Shown here piece after piece: positions 8,815 through 22,019 of a stretch of 57,557 nt of DNA. The position numbers were made by a program, and so were the translations under genes. The notes below the pieces were generated by a model. The model saw only the letters and a program-made list of their open reading frames with translations. It was not told the DNA's origin and searched no databases. The first letter of the stretch is position 1. Each line of letters starts with the position of its first letter. Source of the stretch: Halocafeteria seosinensis (taxonomy: Eukaryota); the NCBI GenBank assembly GCA_001687465.1, contig LVLI01000342.1:1-57557 (forward strand), read 5' to 3'.

Positions 8815-11757
8815 CTACCGGAACGCCCTGTCGCTGGCATCAAAGCTGCTGGGATGCCTCCGTTGTAGACGGGCCGTCTGGGTGTCGTGCGCGGAAGGGG
8901 GCTCATCAGGAGCACCAGCTTCGTCGGGGACGGGGGTCTCCGTAACCCTACGCATACTTTGGGCTATAGACTCCATCCATGAGTTCGCTGCATTCCTGAG
9001 AATATTTATTTGATTAGCAAGAAGTGGCCTCCTTTGTGACCCGGCCACGTTTTCTGTGTGCTGACCACTGGCCTCTGATACTGCTTTGCTCTCTTGCGAT
9101 AAGCTCTGAGGGTGTTGGGCAGTTTGTGCTCTTCGCCGGTTTATATTCCGTGTCTGTGTATAATCCGTAGGAAGGTCTCTCACCACTGAATCACTGATGC
9201 TTGTGTCGCTACGAGAGTTCGATAGCCGTTCTGCTCCCCGACCCCGTTGCCGGAGACCCGACTGATTGCTAACACTGTTGTTCGTTTCTTGCTCAGAAGA
9301 ACGATGGTTCCCAGGATTAGATTCTAGGCTACTTGAGCTTGATGCGACGGCATCTTCAGCTGCGGAGCAGATCTCTGCCGTGCGATCTATCATCGAGTCC
9401 CGCTGGTTGTCTCGTCCAGGAACAACATGCCAGGTGGGAGCATTCCGTACGCTGCCAACACCAGAGACATGCGATCTACCAGCAGAACCTGCCGACGGTA
9501 TGAAGTACGAGTTTATCATTTGAGGACGATCGTTAAACGCGCTGACCGCGAAGGACCGTTCTCGTTGGTTTTGCTCGATTTGTTCCGCGGGTGGGGAAGC
9601 ACCCACCATCAAATTTGGCTGCGATGATGATCGCGCCCGAGCTGGGGGCATGGAGAGATCGCCAGCTGTGCTTTCCGTACCGCCGGTTGGGGACCGCAGA
9701 GTGCTGCCGTCACCCTCAGCAGTAGAACCTCTGCCGTTCCCGTCGAAATCGCTGGAAAAGGAATGCGAGGATTGGGGTGCGCTCCCTGCTCGGCCACGCC
9801 CCATTGACGTCGCCGTAGGTCGTGCACGACCCATCAGTGGAGCAACGGAAACGTTAAGACTAATTATTGTTGCATTATCAAGTCCACCAGAAGCCGGCCA
9901 CCGTCGCATTATTTGCCTGACTTCGGGCACCCTGGGAGTATTGAGAGTTACGGTCCGATCCATCAGCGCTGGTAGTTCGAAATTATGCCACAAATAGAAC
10001 ATCGTAAACACGACACACGAGAAGCAAGTGTACAGCGCCATGTAATGAAATCCAAAGGGGTATGTCAGATAGTAACAAAAAAAGGACATTAGAGATAGGC
10101 AGAAAACCTTTGGGAAAATGGATACACTCTGTAGGGTTCTGCAGGAGGCAACATTAAAGAATTCCGATAGCCATGTTGCAATGAGTACTAGAAATCCCAG
10201 AAGCTGATCTGCGAAGAATTCGAAGAGAAAGAATAGCACTCCTAGCATTATTGGAATATACACCAAGCTTTCCAGGGAGTGAACAACAAGCAGAGGTACC
10301 AGCGATTGTTGATGTTGTATGTGTCCCTGTAGTGCTAGAGTAAAGCGGAACATTCTTTGCTGTGTCTGCGCAAGCAGGAAGCTGACAAGACTCGAAACCG
10401 AATAAAGCAAAAACACAGCTGTAAACAACGTCCCGAATTTCAGCAGTAATGATGCCTCCAAATCATTCTCGATTCGCGCGAATTGTTTTGCTTGTTCAAG
10501 TGAGTACGTAACGCCACTTTGGCGGGAGAATAAGTAGCCTTCCCCCTCTACAGCTTGAATGACAGAATTAAGAACGGGCACATCAAACCCTAGATGATTA
10601 TCCAAGGCTAATGCTCCCACTATCGAAAAGAACACTCTCCATTCTCGCTGGATATAACGATGAAACAAGCCTTTCCAAGGATATGAGCTCCCTCTAGCCC
10701 TGTCGTCCGCTGTAGCTCCCATCCCCATGCAGAGCCCAGCCTCAGGCAAGGAAAAATTAATCCTACGGAGGGTCAAACTTCGAGCTCGCGCTGGATTCAT
10801 CGATAGGATACCTCGTTCGGGAGAGTACCAGAAAAGCATATCGCCGTTTGACGTTGAGGGACTAGCAGCATCCAGTTCGGCGAGCCACGCCCGATACGAG
10901 TCATTCGATTTTCGCTTCCCTTGGTGCTGGTAGCTGCTATGCTGCGCGTCCGATGAATGACCCGTAGAATCGGCTTTGTGACTCCTGTGAAGCGGTGCTC
11001 CGGAAGCACCGTTATACAGCTGAGTAACATATGAGAGTTTGTTTTCTGTTTTCTCTATAATATGCTGGAAATTGGACATATTCCGCCCTTTATTTTTGTT
11101 GTCTGACTCATCGTACTCGATCAAACGTCGAATGATGTGCCTCCATTCTGGAATCAACGACGAGCTTGCGGTCGCATTTGTATCTGTATTAGAGAGATAC
11201 TTATCCTTAATTACGCGTCGTAGCTCAGGGAGAACCTGGTTCCAATATCCACCAATCTGTTAAGTAATATCAATTTTGTGCAGAATGTAAGCGCAGGGTA
11301 GATTACGTTTTGCCAAGGATAGTATCGGCTTACCCTAATTTCAATCACATCAATATCAGCCACCGACAGATGCCTCGTGCCCGCCACGTTGGACATGGTG
11401 AAATTGTCGATGCTCGATTGAAGAGCCTTTGCAAGACAGTTTGGTTGCGACGTTTTCGACACATAAAGTGAGTGTAAAATCCAGAAGAGGATGATGGTGC
11501 ACAGCACGTGGACGAAGCCCCCATAAAGCAGTAGTCGCCGAACCTGGAGAGAAGAAAGCAGGATTAGAAGTCACGTCCCGTTCTCCTCTTCACCTACCAA
11601 TTGGTAGAAGGAACGTACCTTGGCAGATAGCGCTTTTGCCACGAACCGCGAAACGCGGTAATGCAACCTGAAATAAGTCTGCGTACACGAATAGAATAAA
11701 GGAATACCAAACACGCGGTTTGTTCCGAAGTTGCTCCCATACCTGCTCGATCTCCAT
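8815..11757 (-). CDS. TMEM259: Membralin (TMEM259) family ER membrane protein with long disordered C-terminus
   Basis: YSPERGILSM, LGFDVPVLNS, GEGYL, KFGTLFTAVFL, LAQTQQRMFRFTLAL, LVYIPIMLGVLFFLFEFFADQ, YPFGFHY, HNFELPA. 5' exons splice as MEIEQ|TYFRLHYRVSRFVAKALSAK|. Confidence 0.9.
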
Positions 11758-12288
11758 TTCAGCTCCCTAAAGCTTCTTCTCCTGAACGATTTGAAAGTTT
11801 CAGGTACACCGTCAAGGGTGTTGTCTCCTTAAAGGGGCTTAGAGCGTATAGTTAGTTCCCCGTCCACTTCCACGCTGAGATTCCTCTGCACAAGCCAAGC
11901 CAAGTTCGCTCATGCTTTCCACTGGTTCCCAGGTGCGCCAGCAGAGAGACACAACAATTCAACAAATATCCGTAAAGAAGGCTTTGGGGGGTCGGTTTTT
12001 CACCGCTAATTGTACAATGCCTGTATTGTCTTCATTTCTGCTTCTACCCCGGGTGAAGTTGAAGTTTTCCCCCAGAGGTGTGGCTGTCAATCTTTTCGTC
12101 GACATAGACCGTGCAATCTTTTGTGAGCTTTTTCCCCAGGAGTGGCAGGGACACTCTCAAGGGGAACACGTAGGGGAACAAAAAAGGTGGTGATTCCTTG
12201 GAGGATGGTGGCCAAGTATAATGATGATATCTACCTAGATTTGACCATTTCATTGACCGTTCCAGAAATATACAGAATCTAAGCAACA

Positions 12289-14106
12289 ATGCTAAGACTA
12301 CAGTCTTTCCGCAAGTTATTTTCCAAGGCCCTGCGTACCTCTCGAAGGAAGGCAATAGAGAGGAAAGGGATATGGACTCGAGCTGAACCAGGCATTTCTG
12401 GTGCTTTACAGCCATATAAGACCACTATAACGACGTTCCCAGGAGGAAATGGCCCGTCGATGCGTTCTTCACAGACACTCGGAGGTATCCGTGGCTTCTC
12501 CTCGTTACCCTCGTATACACCTGTGAAAATGCCGGCATTATCCCCCACCATGCAAAAGGGCACAATTGCCTCATGGAAGAAGCAAGAGGGGGATCAGGTT
12601 ACTCCGGGTGATCTTTTAGCAGAGGTACGTTGTTGTCCACATTCGGGGCTGATCATGCCCTTTGGAATGCTGTTTTATTTCGCTACCCACAGGTGGAAAC
12701 GGACAAAGCTACCGTGGATTTCGAGTGCCAAGACGAAGGATACCTGGCCAAAATATTAGTCCCCGAAGGAACCGCAGATGTACCCTTAGGAAAATTAGTA
12801 GCTGTGATGGTTGAGGATGAAAGCGACGTTGCTGCCTTCAAAGATGTATCCGCTAGTGATCTTGAAGCAGAAGTAGAGGGAGGTTCAGCTCAGCAGGAGG
12901 CAAGCAGTGGTGCAACGCAAGAGCAAGCTAGTTCTGGTGGGCAAGCAGAGAGTGCACCTCAGCAGACGTCTTCCCAGCCTAAGCAAGAAACCGCTCCTAC
13001 GGGTTCTCAGCCTTCCACGCCCCAGCAAGCAGGCGGTGGCAGTGCAGAAGAAGGCAGACGTGTGTTCGCTTCGCCTCTAGCGCGAAAAATTGCACGTGAG
13101 AGCAACTTATCGATCAATCGCCTAGCGGGAAGAGGCACCGGCCCTCATGGAAGAATTATACGAAGTGATGTTGAAGATTTTCTAGCTACTGGGGAAGCAC
13201 AAACTATCGAAGCTGTTACCCCTAGCGGAGACGCTACACCTCTTAGAGCCGCACCGTCTGGGGAGCGTCCATTTGTGGATGTTGGAATCACTGATTTGCA
13301 ACGCCAGTTGGCACAACGACTCACCGCATCTAAGCGAGACGTACCGCACTTTTACTTAACATCTGAGATATCATTGGACAGCTTGCTTCAATTGCGGGAC
13401 CGACTTAACAGTAAGCTTGGAGGGGACCGGGAGCTTTCTTTGAATGACTTTGTTTTGAAGGCAGCCACTCTTTCTATGGATAAAGTCCCCGAAGTAAATG
13501 CGTCATGGTTGGATGAAGGGTATATCCGATTTTACGAATACGTCGATATTAATTTGTCCATGGCCTCGAGTGAGGGGACAGTAGCACCCGTCATTCAAGA
13601 TGCCCACAGTATGGGTCTCACCGGCATAAACAAGGAAATCTCCAGCTTGCGGGAGAGGGTTGATGAAGACTCCCTACAAAGCCAGCACGTAGATGTAAGC
13701 TTAATGTTAGAGAGTACCCTGTTACTTACATTGGTTATATGTCGCCATATTTCCCGCAGATTGGAACGTTCTCGGTGGTGAACGTTGGAGCTTACGGAGT
13801 CAGGTCGCTTAATCCGATTATAACAACACCGCAAGCCTGTGCTTTAGGTGTTGGCGCTGTTACCGAAAGAATTGTACCAAACGATGGTGGTAAGTCAAGA
13901 ATATTTTTCTTTTTCCTTCAACACTGTCCCTTAACTGCGTATTTGTCATTTTTACAGGCGACAATCAAGAGCGCCCATATAAGGTGGTTACCGGCGTTAA
14001 TGTAACACTGTCATGCGATCATCGCGTCGTTGACGGGGCAGTTGGCGCTCAGTGGCTTCAAGTCTTTAAGAATTACTTAGAGGATCCTGAAACCATGTTA
14101 CTGTAA
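12289..14106 (+). CDS. DLAT: Mitochondrial pyruvate dehydrogenase E2 (dihydrolipoamide acetyltransferase)-like protein, single lipoyl domain
   Basis: Basic presequence; lipoyl domain [11 protein letters not shown]...[11 protein letters not shown]3/E1-binding domain ASPLARKIA...GTGPHGRI; catalytic core ending [15 protein letters not shown]...PETMLL*. Three introns. Confidence 0.9.
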
Positions 14107-14762
14107 GGTGAACTGCATGACTAACATCCCAGTTAGATTACCAAACTGAATATACCGGAGTAGCAGATTGATAAATGTAAAATAAGTCCGTTCACTTTCC
14201 GTAATCTGCATTCACTAATGATGCCCGGACCCCGGGAAATACTGACAATATCCACAGTCAACCCACAGGGGACTCAAAGAAGGTGCTTGTTTATCTCCGC
14301 TTGATTTGCAAGAAAGTGGCTTTAATACCCATTTGTGTGTCTATGGATGCGTGCATACGACGCGAAAATCAGTGATACTATTAAGATCTTTTCGTGTGAG
14401 CCAACGAGGCATACCTGTTCCGTAGCACCCTAGAGCTCTTCCAACACACCAGCTTATGGTTATTCCATTGAGGCTTTGACATTATTTCTGCTTCTGTACT
14501 ACAGTATTGAGTCGTAAGTAAGGATCCTGTATGTGTATATCGACACTTGCACGTTGCCATCAACCATGAGCAACGTAACAGTATTTTCGGTGGAGGGTGT
14601 TGGAGCAGATGCACATATACTAAGTTGCTGACAGCCTAGTGCTGTTTCTGTCGCTTTTTATGCATGGCATTGTTTAATTCCTGGGCCATGAAAATCTAGT
14701 TAAAGAATTGTGGCACTGTTACGTTGCTTTATGCAGAGAGAAGTTGAAGCACTCTTTCCCCC

Positions 14763-17700
14763 ATGGCTGATTCAGGGGATGCTCCTCCAGGTCTGGAGCC
14801 TATTTCAGTACCGAAAGATGGGACCGATACTCCTCCCGGTACCGAGGGTCGTGCAACGGGTGAAAATAAGCCGGAAACTACTGCGAATACTTTGCCGCCA
14901 CCTCCACCTCCGCAGAGTGGTCTTCCTCCTCCACCTCCTCCTCATCTATCAAAGAGCCATAGCACTGCCAAAGGTGAGTTCCAAGGTTTTCATGCATTTT
15001 CGGTTGATCACCCGAGCTTCGACTGCGGCAACGTGGGATACTGGCTGTGTACTTGTCGGGAAGCCAGGGATTGCGACTTGGTAGCAACTTACGGTTAGGT
15101 TAACGCGATTCCAGCCTGGCGTCGCCTGCCCGGAGGCGTCAGGCGACAAGGTTTCTAAGGGGTTGATGACGTGCAAGTGCCAAGTGAACCCCTTCCCTCA
15201 GGAGACGCATAAGGCGCAATTGGTACCCTTGAAACTTATCACGTATGTTGGATGGTGCATGAGTTTGGTCGAACATGGGGAGAAAAAGAGCGCGTAGTTA
15301 AGCGATTAGATGTTTTTGTCAGCAAAGGCATTGCTTGTACAACGCGTATTAAAGGTGTTCATCAAGTGAACGACTTGTTTGTGTGTGATTCGGTGCAGAG
15401 AAAAGGAAATTTAGCTTGCCGCCACCTCCAGCTGCGGCAATTTCCAGTAAAACAAGCATACCTGGAAGCACTTCCATTTCAACCCCCGAGGTCTCAACCA
15501 CAGTAGCACCAACTAGCTCCGTGGAACCTCTTGAATCTACTGCAGTAGACAAAACCACTTCGGCTAGTGCATTGGCTTCAGAATCTTTGACTACGGATCC
15601 GGCAACCACTGCTGTTGGTGGAGAGGAAGAGAAAACCGTCGAAGAAGCTCCTAGTACTGCTGGAACGCAAGAAACAACGCAGGCAGCCACACCTTCTGCT
15701 ACTGTGCAGGCGTCAGCTTCTGTTTCTGCATCAACGGAAACATTGGCCCTTTCCGCGAGTACAACGACGACTTCAACTATTGCTGCGGAACAGCCGGAAG
15801 AGAAAGGAAACCAGGAAGCTGCTGAAACCGCGGAAACTGAGAAGGGAGGTGCTGGTGCTGAAGGAAGGCAACTTCCGAGGGACGGGTTGGAGACAAAGAA
15901 AGAGACTGTACAGGAAGCTTCATCCACGGGTCACGAAGAAACATCGAAGGGTGTCGACTTCAGTAAGGCGTCTTCACCCACCGGAGCGACACGATCATCC
16001 GGCAATTCTGAAATTGGGGAGAGCATTGAGGCGCCAAAGGGTGGGCAGCAGTACTTCTCTGGATCTAGCGAAGAATCGGTAGCATCAACATACCAGGGTG
16101 CATCAGTACAGTCAGCGACTTCAACGGAGCTCTCCGGCTCTGTAACAGATAAAAAGACAGAAAGTACAGTAGTTACTTCCCCAGAAGGGATCTACGATCA
16201 TTCTGAAGCACTAGCTGCGGACGTAGAAGTAAGCAACACCGTTTCGTCAACCGAAAGAGCAAGTAAAGGTAAGTCCGCTTGCGAACTCCCGCGCTCACTC
16301 ATATGCTGCATACCAGTGAACTTCTTGTTTCAGAGAAAGACGAGAGGGGAAACGCCATCTTCGCCAGCGAAACAATTGTTAAGCCCCAGAACAACACCAC
16401 TAACACTTCTGGTGAAACTCCAAGCCTGCGTTCGAATACCCCGTCTAGTGCCACGAAGGACAACGTTTCGAAGAACTCGTCTAGCGATAATAAGCAGAGT
16501 CCTGAAGAAAAGAAACTATCCCTACAAACTGGTAAAACGAGCACACTCAAGAAAGAGTGTGAATTCAGTCCCCAATCCAGCGTAGGTGCTTCTAAGACAC
16601 AGGAAGCTCAAACCAAGAGTGGGCGGCTTAAAGACGAGAAGCAGTCCAATCCATCAGCGCACAAGGGAGCTACGTCCAACGCAACGAAGTCTCCGAAGTC
16701 GGTATCGTTTGCATTTTGGCAACAGCCTCACACCAATAGCAAGCACACCATGGACGAATCCACTTCACCAAGAGTAGATGGTGAGACTCGCACCAATGCC
16801 GTGGATGGAGACGAAAGTACTTACGTCCACGTGCCGTCTCAAAACACTCTTCCACTTGCGGGGTCGTCCAGAAACCGGGCGAAGCAAGAAGCAAATTCGT
16901 TCACTCCAAAGTATACGAAGCCGCTGTCCAGTGGGCAAACTGTAGAAAAGGAACCTTCTCATACCACAGGTTCCGCGTATCCAAGTGGCACCTCTAAGGA
17001 ACAGCGTGTCTCTGGCAGAGCATTGGCTGCGAACGATCAGACAGACCGGACATACATCGACAAGAGCGTGCTCTATGTCCTTGCGGACGCAGTTGTTAAA
17101 GGCACTCTATCTGAGCTCGGCCCTAGTTTTAGCGAGAAAATGAGGGCCGTGGCAGCGGATCAGTCGTTAATGAAGCAACTAGCAACAATAATATTGATGA
17201 AACAGCAAGGCAGCACTGGAGACAAGACCAGCGGAACCGGCGACAAAGTCCAAACGTCGTCCTCCCTGGAGAGTGAAAGCCTACCAAAGAATCAGCATTC
17301 AGGAAAGCCTGAACGAAACCAGGGCACTTCTTCGAATTTACAGCAAGAACTCCTACAGGGTAGCGACTCCTCTGACCTGTTAGAACTGGTTACTTCGAAG
17401 GGTACCAAAGTGACTATGAACTCTGCTACCGGTGAATCGACACCTCCTTTGAACGATCTGACGACGCCGGAGCTGGCGGAAGTTCGTCAAGCACTATTGG
17501 AGACGCTATCGAACAAAGTTGCACGCGGAGAGATTTCTCTCTCTGGAGCTGACTTGTATAGCAAACAATCGGATGTTGACGCTGTTCAGACTATTACGAA
17601 GTCCCTTTCGCGGGGTGGTACCGCCGAATCTCATGTCCAATCTCGGAACCGGAAAAGCCCCCGCTCTAGGAGTTTGGGAAAGGCCAGTGCAACAACTTCC

Positions 17701-20700
17701 TCAAATCATGCGGGTAAAAGTAAGCTTAGCTCTGGGCACAGACTTGATACGCGAGACGAGTCACCAGCTCAAACGAAGCGAGGAAAGAGCCCTCCATCCA
17801 GGAGTTTGAAAGAGCGTGGCGGCCACACGCCTTCAAGCCGCGTGCGGAGGAGCGCTAGCCCGCCAGCTAAGAAACTTACCACCCCTAAAAAGCACAGTAC
17901 ACAAAGAACGGCATCAGAACGGCCGCAAGCCGCGGGATCTGCCCGAACGCCTCAAAGAACACCTTTGAAACCTAAAGCACATGCCAAATCCTCGGGAGGA
18001 CCTACTCCGCAGCAGAGCAACAAGGGCTCATCCTCCCGGAAAGCTGTCCAAGTTGACGATTTGGCTACAGGGTCCCGCGAAGCGCTGTTAAGGCACGTTC
18101 CGGAGGAATCCAAGCTTTCGATAGGTCCTGAGAGTCAGAATGATAGCCGGACAAGCGCGAATGTGGATCATGAAGAGCTGGAGAAAATGGACAAACAGCT
18201 ATCTACAGAGCATGAGCTACGTGAATCCGACAAAAAAGGCAAATATCGTGGGGTGTCTCCTCAGCGTAGGGTGCACAAGAACGAAGAGTATCACGGAAAG
18301 TTTCGCTCAACAAAAGATCGAGGAACTGTTAGTCCCCTTCGAGTCCGTCCTATCTCCAAAGCAACTACTCCTTCTCCTGGAGAAAATGGAGGGACGTCTG
18401 ATGATGCTCGTACCGCGCATCCTATCTCCCAAGCACCTGCTCCTTCGGGAGACGATAAAGGGACATCCGATGATGCCCGTGCCCGTAGGGAGCTCGCTAC
18501 ACTGTCTCCTGATAACTTTCCAAAACGGAAAACAGAGAACCAGGACATCCCAGTTTCGTCTACTTCAGGAAGCCGAGTAAAGGATGTTGACAGCATTGCA
18601 GCCACAGTGCCTGCACCTCGGCGGCCGGCACCTTCTCCCGTATCTACAAGTTCAGTCGCACATGTACCGCAGACAGTGTCCATTGGGATCATACCAGCAA
18701 GTGAAGGCACTGGCTTGTCACCGCGGCCTCGTCCTCCTGGTAGCGGTCCTAGACCCAGGCCATCTATTGACCCCTCTGGTCCACGCTCTGTTCCCGGAAC
18801 ACCAGGATCTGGCTCGGGTAGTCCCCGTCCAAATCCTCCTCGTGCTGCGCCGAGGCCTATCCCCGCGGGTCCTCGGCCACAGCCGGGTCCTCGTCCCTCT
18901 GCCAGAGCAGCTGGGCCTCGGCCGACAACAACGCATGCCGGTGAGACAGGGCATCCATCGAGTCCACCTGCTGCGCAAGGAGGTTTTCTGGCGGAACTGA
19001 AGCAGAAAGGAAGCTCTGCTCTTAAGAAGCGCTCGAAATCGAAGAATGCTAGTAATACCACTACCCCTAGTCTTGCCACGTCTGCCACAACTGTCACTTC
19101 TTCAGCTGCATCTGCATCTAATACAGCGGAGAACAATTCGAGTGATACGGAAGGTATAGTTATTACGGTTACCGGCCCCGAAGGACCGCTGGAGGTTATC
19201 ATGAAGCCAGACGGTTCCTTCCTTCCAAGAGATAAGCCGAAGGAGGACTCGCCAGCCGCAGTGACTCGTGCGTATAATAACGGCGACTTCACTACGGCCT
19301 CAGAGCGAGACCGTCCCCATAGTGGAAATCAGGAGCAATCTAGCCCCAGCGAGGATCATGCTAAGAGTTCTTCGGAGCCTTCAACGCGCGAAAAGGCTAA
19401 GAGAAAAAGTAAACCGAAGGAAGCTCCTCCATCGGGGCAGCTAGGTGGTTTCATGTATTTCCGCAATTCTGATTTTGAGAGTCGCTTAGCCTCGGGAGAA
19501 CCTCACTCTCCGGATAACCCTCGTTATTGGGTGGGCTGCGTGGCTGAAATCATGATGAACGGCTACATGAGGCTGCATTGGCATCGGGAAATGTCCCTGA
19601 AGAGCGGCATTTACATTCCCACCAACCATTTTTTTACGGAGAGAGCATCTGTTCTCAAACCAATATATAGGGCTGTTCGGCTAAAAGAGAAGAAAGCGTG
19701 GCAAATTGATCCCGTGGTGGAGGATGAGGAGGACACGAGTGTAGTTACTTCTACGGTTCCAGATACATCCGTAGATAATTCGAAGTATACAGAGACGCCA
19801 CTGGAGAGCCTCGGAAATACTCCTAAACAAGAGTCGACGAGTCGTGGTCAACTTGAGCCAACCGGTAGTAGTCAAGAAAAAGTGGGAACGCAGCAGACGA
19901 AGAAACAGAAAGTGCAGGTTTCGCCGGGTCAATTTGTAATTCTGAATAACTCAATGTTTACCCCCGAAGAACACTCCGTTTATCTGCCCAAGTACTGGAT
20001 CTGTCGCGTTGCTCGGATCAACTCCTCAGCAGTTGATGGATCTCCGGCCGAATTACAACTGCAATGGTTTCGTGAGACTGAATTGGGTAGTAAGACGTTT
20101 CAACCTACTCCGAGCTTCTTCGATGAAGACGCCAGTCTCGTTTGGCCACTACCAGGTGGCGATTTGGTGTATGATTCTAAGGAGCGACTTTGGGTGTCAA
20201 CGTTCGAAGGTCCAATGGAGATCCCAGCAGAGGACGATTCCCCTGTAATCAACTCGGTGAACTCAGATTACAATACGTCGACAGCTCCCCAACAACAAAC
20301 ACATGCCACATCAAGTCACCGTACTCACTTACAGCCGTCAAAGCAAGTGGAGAAACAAGAAACTCATTCCGATGTTGATAGGAACACCGCCTCTCAAAGC
20401 AGTAAGGTGGCTTCTGCGGAAAACACAAACGCAACAGAGCATACAGCACGGCAGCCAGACAGCTCTGCATCCCGTGTAGACCAGGGTGTTGCAGAAAGCT
20501 CAGCTGACTACGAGCTGAGCTCTACTACACCACCAAACCGTGGAGACAGCACATATCCTGGGGATGTTGTCGCTATTGAAGAGGAACCTTTTGAGCCGCG
20601 AGTTGGACATTTTGCGTTTACACCCAATGCGCAATTTGACGGCCGTAAGTCAGAATCAACAACTAACCCTAGGTTTTTCGTTATGCGTATTGATGAGTTG

Positions 20701-21939
20701 ATTGAGCGTGAAGACCGCCCCGTGGACGTTCCCGGAGGAGGGGCTTTTGCTAGATTAACTTGGTTCAAGCAAACTGAAACTCGAGGAAGGGACTTTGTTG
20801 CCACTAGGCACAAGTTTGATGAAGCAGTTACTGTACTAAGACCTCTACCGGACATAAAGTTTAAGACCCAAGCGGCGGATGGTTCGCCAATCTATACCCT
20901 GGAAGGCCCGTACAATACCTCTGCAAGGTTTTCACCAGCTCCTTCATCTGCGTTGGCATCGTCCTCCAGAGCTACGGATACCCGGAAGGGCACAAGCCGT
21001 GGATCGACTTCCACGCCGTATCCCGTCAGTACTGCTGGCGGTGAACGTAGCGATAGGCTTGCATCGACTCCTACATCCGCAGTGGCAGCTTCTTCGAAGG
21101 CTTCGGACACTCCGACCAATAGGAGCAATCAGGAGCCGGTCTCTGGCCCGTATCGTGCCAATGCACCCACTAATCAAAGTCGTGTCCCCCCATCGAGTAA
21201 TGGACCTCCAAGCCAACCAGCGCCGCAAACTCTACAAGGGGCTTCCAATTCCGGTTTTGTTGTAGAACCTGACGACGAAGACGAGGAGTTTGAGGACACT
21301 GAACCCTTCCCCCGGTACATTAAAGCACTTCCAAGGAAAATCGAGTTGACTAAAGCTGTGTCGCCCAATCTGAATTTGTATATTCTCCTTAAACTGGCAT
21401 ATGCGTCGAACACTAAGACGAAGGTCAGGAAGGGCTCCGTTGCAGTATCAGGGTGCTCTACGTCAAAGCCTAGTGCTGGCACATGGAATTTGGATCCTAA
21501 ATTGTTCCAGTGGCATGTTATGTACGACCCGAATGAAAAAGGGAAACCAAAGACTGCTACACCTAATGCTTTGGCGGTGCAAATATGGGATGCCGGAACC
21601 GAATCTGGGGGAAGCAAAGACCCAGTAGCAGCGGGGCATACGTTCATCGCCACCGGCATCCTGAACCTAAGCACCAAGGGCGGTGTTTCCTTGGTGACTT
21701 CACCTTACATTTTACCAGAAGTGGAGAACTATGTTCCGGGAGAAGTTAGCCCTCCCCAAGGTCCTTTCCCATTGGATGATGCTCTTGATGAAGTGTTTGA
21801 CAAACCATATGTTTCCCAAGAGCCAGTGGCCGTGGATGTTAGGCAAGAGAAGAACGGCCCTCCTGTTGGGAAGGCATACATAAACGCTTGGATAATTGAC
21901 GACGCACTTCCGGATGAAGAAAGTATAGAGGGACAATAA
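14763..21939 (+). CDS. ~2,200-aa low-complexity protein: Pro-rich region, WH2-like motif, three copies of an unrecognised beta-rich domain, C-terminal C2-like domain
   Basis: Exon 1 at 14763-14973, intron 14974-15398, exon 2 to 16268, intron 16269-16333, then an open frame of ~5.6 kb to TAA at 21939. Splice phases join in frame. Confidence 0.85.
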
Positions 21940-22019
21940 ACACACAGACAACGTTAGCTAGGAGCACGTGTATATTTCTCAAAACCATACCGTACCCATG
22001 AATGATACGTGTGAACCGT

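Noticed and set aside
15203..15223. 21-nt poison micro-exon in the giant gene's first intron
   Set aside because: The donor (gtaccc) is weak, and exons 1 and 2 already join in frame.
18291..19292. 333-aa Gly-rich minus-strand ORF
   Set aside because: Antisense shadow of the Pro-rich region of the giant protein.
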